NCBI GenBank assembly: GCA_934098395.1
Contig: CAKOOM010000002.1
Coordinates: forward strand, 264,784-296,783
Length of the DNA: 32,000 bases
Source: an uncultured Bacilli bacterium
Lineage (GTDB): Bacteria; Bacillota_I; Bacilli_A; RF39; UBA660
Reading direction: 5' to 3'
The translations under genes and the position numbers were made by a program. How positions within the stretch are numbered: position 1 is the first letter of the stretch; every line of letters starts with the position of its first letter. Below are positions 27,019-32,000 of the stretch, piece by piece. Below the pieces are notes generated by a model. It worked only from the letters and a program-made list of their open reading frames with translations, had not been told where the DNA came from and ran no database searches.

Positions 27019-27436
27019 TATTTTCACCACTTTCTTTTTTTACAAATTTTGTTTTAATTGGTAATTTATGAGATGCAAGACGTAATGCTTCTCTAGCAAC
27101 TTCTTCAGAAACGCCACCAATTTCAAACATGATTTTTCCTTCTTTTACTACGGCTACCCATACTTCTGGATTACCTTTACCTTTACCTTGTCTTGTTTCA
27201 AGGGGTTTTTTAGTTAGTGATAAGTTAGGGAAAATATTAATCCATACTTTACCACCACGTTTCATATATCTTGTCATAGCAATTCTGGCTGCTTCAATTT
27301 GATTAGCTGTAATCCATGCACCTTGTTGGGCCATTAAACCATATTCACCAAAATGAAGCTCAGTGTTACCTTTTGATTTTCCTTCATATTTTAGACGGAA
27401 AGTTTTTCTATGCTTTGTTCTTTTTGGCATTAACAT
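27008..27436 (-). CDS. rplP: 50S ribosomal protein L16
   Basis: [11 protein letters not shown]...; a GGAGG RBS lies 8 nt upstream. Confidence 0.96.
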   Translation of the reverse strand: MLMPKRTKHRKTFRLKYEGKSKGNTELHFGEYGLMAQQGAWITANQIEAARIAMTRYMKRGGKVWINIFPNLSLTKKPLETRQGKGKGNPEVWVAVVKEGKIMFEIGGVSEEVAREALRLASHKLPIKTKFVKKESGENNES

Positions 27437-28082
27437 GAGAATTACCTCCCTTATCTTCTAGGATTTCTCCTTTATATATCCATACTTTTACACCGATTTT
27501 TCCATATGTAGTATCTGCTTCTGATGTTGCATAATCAATGTTTGCTCTTAATGTGTGTAATGGAGTTGTTCCTTCAGAATATCCTTCACCACGAGCGATA
27601 TCAGCTCCACCTAAACGTCCAGATACTAAAGTTTTAATTCCTTTTGCTCCGGCTTTCATTGTGTTTCTAATTGCTTTCTTTTGAGCTACTCTGAATGATA
27701 CACGTCCTTCAATACTACGAGCTATATTATCTGCTACTAGTTGTGCTACTAAATCTGGGTTTTTAACTTCAACAACTGAGATTTGTACGTTTTCTCCAAC
27801 TAATTTAGATACTTCTTTTTTAACATTTTCTATTTCTGTACCACTTTGTCCGATTATTAATCCTGGACGAGATGCATTAATAAATATTTCTGTTCTTTTA
27901 GAATTTCTTTCGATAATAATGTTAGAAACTCCAGCGTTTTTAAATTTCTTCATTAAATATTTACGTATTTTGTTATCGTTTAGTAAATATTTTGAGAAGT
28001 TTTTATTATCTGCATACCATTTAGATTCCCAATCTTTATTGATACCGATTCTAAGTCCGACTGGACTAACTTTTTGTCCCAC
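27408..28082 (-). CDS. rpsC: 30S ribosomal protein S3
   Basis: [23 protein letters not shown]. Confidence 0.96.
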   Translation of the reverse strand: MGQKVSPVGLRIGINKDWESKWYADNKNFSKYLLNDNKIRKYLMKKFKNAGVSNIIIERNSKRTEIFINASRPGLIIGQSGTEIENVKKEVSKLVGENVQISVVEVKNPDLVAQLVADNIARSIEGRVSFRVAQKKAIRNTMKAGAKGIKTLVSGRLGGADIARGEGYSEGTTPLHTLRANIDYATSEADTTYGKIGVKVWIYKGEILEDKGGNSHVNAKKNKA

Positions 28083-28095
28083 TTCGGTTCCTCCT

Positions 28096-28446
28096 TTACT
28101 TATTTAATTCACTTACAATTACTGTAATGTGACTTGTTTTATGATCTTTTCTTCCAACATGTCCACGTGAATCCATTTTTGCTCTTTTCATAACAATTCC
28201 TTCATCAACGAAGCATGTTTTTACAAATAAATTTTCTTCTTTTAAATTAAAATTATTTACAGCATTACTTGTAGCTGATTTTAAAACTTTTTCAATAACT
28301 CTAGCTGCTTTTTGTGGTTGATTTCTAAGAATTGCATAAGCTTCGCTTACACTCTTTCCTCTTATTAAATCAATTATTAATCTTGTTTTTCTAGGAGCTA
28401 TTCTTATAGTTTTAGCTACTGCTTTTGCTTCAGTTCTTTCCATCAT
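28096..28446 (-). CDS. rplV: 50S ribosomal protein L22
   Basis: [23 protein letters not shown]. Confidence 0.95.
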   Translation of the reverse strand: MMERTEAKAVAKTIRIAPRKTRLIIDLIRGKSVSEAYAILRNQPQKAARVIEKVLKSATSNAVNNFNLKEENLFVKTCFVDEGIVMKRAKMDSRGHVGRKDHKTSHITVIVSELNK

Positions 28447-28464
28447 AGTCCTCCTTATAAGTTA

Positions 28465-28734
28465 CTATTTCTTCTTATCTGCGCCGTGTCCACCAAATTT
28501 ACGAGTTAATGAGAATTCTCCAAGTTTGTGTCCTACCATATCTTCAGTAACATATACTGGAATAAATTCTTTACCATTGTGTACTGCAAAAGTGTGACCA
28601 ATAAAATCAGGATAAATAGTTGAACGACGAGACCAAGTTTTAATAACTTCTTTTTTTCCTGTTTCATTAAGTAATTTTACTTTTTTTAATAGTCTATCAA
28701 AGACATAAGGTCCTTTTTTTAAACTTCTTGCCAT
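28465..28734 (-). CDS. rpsS: 30S ribosomal protein S19
   Basis: [11 protein letters not shown]...[23 protein letters not shown]. Confidence 0.97.
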   Translation of the reverse strand: MARSLKKGPYVFDRLLKKVKLLNETGKKEVIKTWSRRSTIYPDFIGHTFAVHNGKEFIPVYVTEDMVGHKLGEFSLTRKFGGHGADKKK

Positions 28735-28753
28735 TTTTAATCATCCTTTCTTA

Positions 28754-29584
28754 TTATTTCTTACGACGAGTCACAATATATTTGTCAGATTGTTTTTTGT
28801 TCTTTCTAGTCTTTAATCCTAGAGCTGGTTTACCCCATGGAGTCATTGGACCGCTACGACCGATTGGTGCACGTCCTTCTCCACCACCATGTGGGTGATC
28901 ATTTGGATTCATAACAGATCCACGAACAGTTGGTCTGATACCCATATGTCTTGTTCTTCCGGCTTTTCCGATTTTTACTAATGAGTAGTCTTCATTTCCA
29001 ACTACACCAATAGTTGCACGACATGTTCCAAGAATTTTTCTTGTTTCTCCGCTTGCTAATCTTACTAGTACGTATTTATCTTCACGTCCTAAGATTTGTG
29101 CGCTGTTTCCAGCACTTCTTGCAAGTTGTCCGCCTTTTCCTGGCTTTAATTCAATATTGTGGATTGTTGTACCTACGGGAATATTTGCTATTGGTAGGGT
29201 ATTTCCTATTTTTATATCAACATTTTCTCCAGATACTACAACATCTCCAACTTTTAGTCCTTTTGGTGCTAAAATGTATGATTTAGTTCCATCTTTGTAA
29301 CTAATTAATGCAATGTTAGCACTTCTGTTTGGATCGTATTCAATTCCTTGTACGATTGCTTCAATTCCGTCTTTTACTCTCTTAAAATCAACTAAACGGT
29401 ATTTTCTTTTAACTCCACCACCACGGTGTCTTAAAGTTATTTTACCTTGGTTATTACGACCAGTAATTTTATTTATTGGTGCTACTAGACTTTTTTCAGG
29501 AGTTGTTTTAGTTATTTCATCGCTTTTTAGAAAGCTTTTTTGTCTTTGACCGTTAGTCAATGGTTTAATTACTTTAATTGCCAT
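28754..29584 (-). CDS. rplB: 50S ribosomal protein L2
   Basis: [14 protein letters not shown]; [15 protein letters not shown]. Confidence 0.97.
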   Translation of the reverse strand: MAIKVIKPLTNGQRQKSFLKSDEITKTTPEKSLVAPINKITGRNNQGKITLRHRGGGVKRKYRLVDFKRVKDGIEAIVQGIEYDPNRSANIALISYKDGTKSYILAPKGLKVGDVVVSGENVDIKIGNTLPIANIPVGTTIHNIELKPGKGGQLARSAGNSAQILGREDKYVLVRLASGETRKILGTCRATIGVVGNEDYSLVKIGKAGRTRHMGIRPTVRGSVMNPNDHPHGGGEGRAPIGRSGPMTPWGKPALGLKTRKNKKQSDKYIVTRRKK

Positions 29585-29601
29585 TTTTTCTCCTCCTTTT
29601 T

Positions 29602-29880
29602 CTAGTCAAAATTAATTGAATTACCTTCTGCTAATTTTACAATAGCTTTTTTATACTTATTAGTCATACCAGTATATTTTCCAACTCTTCTCTTTTTAGG
29701 ATGAGAATTTGTTGTATTAATACTTTCTACTTTGACATTGAAGATACTTTCAATTGCTTGTTTAATTTGTGTTTTATTAGCTCTTGGATCCACTTTGAAA
29801 GCATATTTGTTTTCGTTAGCCATTAGAGCTGTCTTTTCAGTTATGATTGGTGCATAAATGATATCAAAATTCTTATTCAT
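29602..29880 (-). CDS. rplW: 50S ribosomal protein L23
   Basis: [11 protein letters not shown]...YAFKVD..ANKTQIK.AIE..F.VKV. Confidence 0.95.
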   Translation of the reverse strand: MNKNFDIIYAPIITEKTALMANENKYAFKVDPRANKTQIKQAIESIFNVKVESINTTNSHPKKRRVGKYTGMTNKYKKAIVKLAEGNSINFD

Positions 29881-30505
29881 TTGTTAGCACCTCCTCTAAT
29901 TTCTTTAATGCTGCTTCAGTTATAACCATTTTATCTGAGTTAACTACATCGTATGTATTTACTTCAGTAGGTAATACGATTAATACGTTTCCTAAATTTC
30001 TTGAAGCTAAGCAAATGTTTTCATCTAATTCATCAATTACTAATAGTACTTTGCTATTAGCTAATTCTAATGTATTTAATAATTTTAACATTTCTTTAGT
30101 TTTATTTGTTTCAAATTTAATTGAATCTAATAGAACTATTTCATTATCTGTTGCTTTATATGTTAAAGCTGATAATAATGCTAATCTTCTAACTTTCTTA
30201 TTTTGTTTCTTAGAGTAATCTCTTGGTTTTGGTCCAAAGGCAATTCCACCTTTTCTCCATTGTACTGCTCTAATACTTCCTTGTCTGGCATTACCAGTTC
30301 CTTTTTGTCTCCAAGGTTTTCTTCCACCACCAGAAACTTCTGCTCTAGTTTTAGTTGAATGTGTTCCTTGTCTAGCATTTGCCATTGATAAAACGATGGC
30401 ATCATGTAGTACTATATCGTTTGGAGTAATTCCAAATACGTTATCATTTAATTTAATATCTTTAACCTTTTCACCATTAACATTTAATAGTTGTACTTTA
30501 GACAT
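29873..30505 (-). CDS. rplD: 50S ribosomal protein L4
   Basis: SGGGRKPWRQKGTGNARQGSIRA.QWR.GG. Confidence 0.96.
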   Translation of the reverse strand: MSKVQLLNVNGEKVKDIKLNDNVFGITPNDIVLHDAIVLSMANARQGTHSTKTRAEVSGGGRKPWRQKGTGNARQGSIRAVQWRKGGIAFGPKPRDYSKKQNKKVRRLALLSALTYKATDNEIVLLDSIKFETNKTKEMLKLLNTLELANSKVLLVIDELDENICLASRNLGNVLIVLPTEVNTYDVVNSDKMVITEAALKKLEEVLTNE

Positions 30506-30554
30506 AATATCCTCCTTATTTCATCACAATCTTTTTTAGTTTAATATTTTTAAA

Positions 30555-31313
30555 TTATTCAGCTTTATTTTCGTCTTGTGATGATGTCTCATTAATTTCT
30601 TCTTTTTCTTCTTCAGCAGTTTCTACTGGTTCTTCAACTACAGTTTCATCAACATATGTAATTAATTCAACTGGAGTATTTATTTTTCCAGGATTTTTTA
30701 CTGAAGTTTTAATTAAAACTAATGATTTTTTTGGTCCAGGGACATTTCCTTTAATTAAAATAACGTTATTTTCTAAATCTATTTGTACTACTTCTAGGTT
30801 TTGAATAGTTACTTGTTCAGAACCCATATGTCCAGGCATTTTCTTTCCTGGGATAACTCTCATAGGTAACAATGTTCCTAATGACCCAACACCACGATGA
30901 TATTGGCTACCGTGTCCCATAGGTCCACGTGATTGGTTCCAACGTTTGATAACACCTTGGAAACCTTTTCCTTTAGAAGTGCCGGTTACATCAACCATTT
31001 CTCCTTCAGCAAAAATATCTGCTTTTACTTCACTACCAAGTGAATAATTTGCTACATCTACACCTCTAATTTCTCTTAAGAAGCGCTTAGGGGTAGTGTT
31101 TGCTTTTTTCAAATGACCTTGTTCTGGTTTATTTGCTAACTTTTCTCTTTTATCGAATGCTGCTAATTGAATAGCTTCATAACCATCTTTTTCTTTAGTC
31201 TTAATTTGACTAACAATATTTGGTTCTACTTCGATTACTGTTACAGGAATTAATTTTCCGTCTTTAGCAAATACAGAAGTCATTCCGATCTTACGACCTA
31301 AGATTCCTTTCAT
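30555..31313 (-). CDS. rplC: 50S ribosomal protein L3 (with a ~40-aa acidic C-terminal tail)
   Basis: [25 protein letters not shown]; [12 protein letters not shown]. Confidence 0.96.
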   Translation of the reverse strand: MKGILGRKIGMTSVFAKDGKLIPVTVIEVEPNIVSQIKTKEKDGYEAIQLAAFDKREKLANKPEQGHLKKANTTPKRFLREIRGVDVANYSLGSEVKADIFAEGEMVDVTGTSKGKGFQGVIKRWNQSRGPMGHGSQYHRGVGSLGTLLPMRVIPGKKMPGHMGSEQVTIQNLEVVQIDLENNVILIKGNVPGPKKSLVLIKTSVKNPGKINTPVELITYVDETVVEEPVETAEEEKEEINETSSQDENKAE

Positions 31314-31328
31314 TTTTTCCTCCTATTA

Positions 31329-31637
31329 CTATAATTTGATTTGAATATCAACACCGCTTGGTAAATCTAGATGTTGTAATGCATCAATAGTTTCCTTACT
31401 TGGATTGTTGATATCAATAAGTCTTTTGTGAGTACGCATTTCGAATTGTTCACGTGAGTCTTTATATTTGTGAACAGCTCTTAGAATTGTATACTTTTGA
31501 ACTTCTGTTGGTAATGGTACTGGACCACTTACAACTCCGCCAGTTCTCTTAACTGTTTCAACGATTTTTGCAGCCGCTTTGTCAAGAGTTCTGTGTTCAT
31601 AAGCTTTAAGCTTAATTCTCACTTTTGTGTTTGACAT
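31329..31637 (-). CDS. rpsJ: 30S ribosomal protein S10
   Basis: [14 protein letters not shown]........GPVPLPT....[24 protein letters not shown]. Confidence 0.97.
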   Translation of the reverse strand: MSNTKVRIKLKAYEHRTLDKAAAKIVETVKRTGGVVSGPVPLPTEVQKYTILRAVHKYKDSREQFEMRTHKRLIDINNPSKETIDALQHLDLPSGVDIQIKL

Positions 31638-31765
31638 TATTGAATCCTCCCTTCGCCTATATCTGGTATAGACTTGCTCCGAACAAATTACCTGATATAC
31701 AGATTTGTTTTAACAACTCCACCTGGTGTATCAGCAACTTTGCCCATCTAAGCCAGTCACACATT
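31638..31765 (-). promoter_or_regulatory. Structured 5' leader of the S10 operon (candidate autoregulatory element)
   Basis: The ~127-nt untranslated stretch is visibly more GC-rich than other intergenic DNA. The segment AACAAAU can pair with two different partners: AUUUGUU downstream, or UUGUU upstream within a larger CUGAUA/UAUCAG helix. A CUAUA-CCAGA-UAUAG hairpin lies just before the GGGAGGA RBS. Confidence 0.4.
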
Positions 31766-31770
31766 TATTA

Positions 31771-31799
31771 ATTATACAGGAAAATTATATGAAAATCAA
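31771..31799 (-). promoter_or_regulatory. Sigma-A promoter of the S10 ribosomal protein operon
   Basis: On the minus strand, TTGATT (31799-31794) is separated by exactly 17 nt from TATAAT (31776-31771). Confidence 0.65.
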
Positions 31800-31837
31800 G
31801 GCTTTTTTATGATTTTTTTGACTTTTTTTCTTTATTT

Positions 31838-31870
31838 AAATAAAAAGAAGATTTTTAAATAAAAATCTTT
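31838..31870 (-). terminator. AT-rich hairpin plus U-tract after the small upstream ORF
   Basis: A stem forms between 31848-31856 and 31861-31869 with an aaat loop. On the minus strand it is followed by UUUUUAUUU. Confidence 0.35.
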
Positions 31871-31874
31871 GTTT

Positions 31875-32000
31875 TTACTGGATTTTTCCATACATTGCTT
31901 CGTATAATTCTTTGCCACCAATAATCCCTATTACTACTGCTAAAATTAGGACAATAATAGTTATAATAAGTTCTTTTTTGTTTATTTTATTCTTTTTCAT
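31875..32000 (-). CDS. Possible 41-aa single-TM small protein. Its ATG coincides with the window edge, so the gene could extend further.
   Basis: Hand translation gives MKKNKINKKELIITIIVLILAVVIGIIGGKELYEAMYGKIQ*. It has a basic N-terminus and one hydrophobic helix and is followed by a hairpin. Confidence 0.25.
   Translation of the reverse strand: MKKNKINKKELIITIIVLILAVVIGIIGGKELYEAMYGKIQ

Noticed and set aside
27408-27436. 29-nt overlap of the rpsC 3' end with the rplP start, considered as a possible frameshift or mis-assembly
   Set aside because: Both proteins are full length with normal termini, and rplP has a good GGAGG RBS inside the overlap. This is ordinary compact operon organisation.

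Overview
This is an AT-rich chromosomal segment (about 30% GC by eye) that looks Firmicutes/Mollicutes-like. All conserved genes are full length under the standard code, so UGA is not read as Trp. Every convincing gene lies on the minus strand, and many neighbours overlap by 1-8 nt. (1) 17.5-31.8 kb holds the S10-spc-alpha ribosomal superoperon (rpsJ to rplQ, including secY-adk-map-infA-rpmJ and rpoA). It has a good sigma-A promoter and a structured leader, and it lacks rpmD (L30). (2) 14.1-16.6 kb holds tsaE-tsaB-rimI-tsaD. (3) 10.1-13.9 kb holds a self-contained three-gene operon bracketed by hairpin terminators. It encodes a 644-aa protein with an unassigned N-terminal half fused to a MoxR/AAA_5-like ATPase, a 130-aa AAA-like protein with no P-loop, and a 481-aa protein built as zincin (HExxH) + Q/E/K-rich linker + vWA (MIDAS). 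A 5'-truncated Rpn/PD-(D/E)XK 'transposase' remnant follows it. This operon is my best candidate for an undescribed NTP-dependent conflict or regulated-proteolysis system. (4) 3.4-9.2 kb holds housekeeping genes (ung, hemW, mscS-family, HD hydrolase, long-form prs) apparently co-transcribed with four type IV pilin-like genes, with no pilus assembly genes in the window. (5) 1-3.4 kb holds a tandem pair of paralogous secreted proteins with a SipW-type signal-peptide-like N-terminus and FGE-sulfatase-like C-terminal motifs. Each copy has its own duplicated promoter and hairpin, and the two copies show a mosaic pattern of near-identity and divergence. I saw no rRNA, tRNA or CRISPR.
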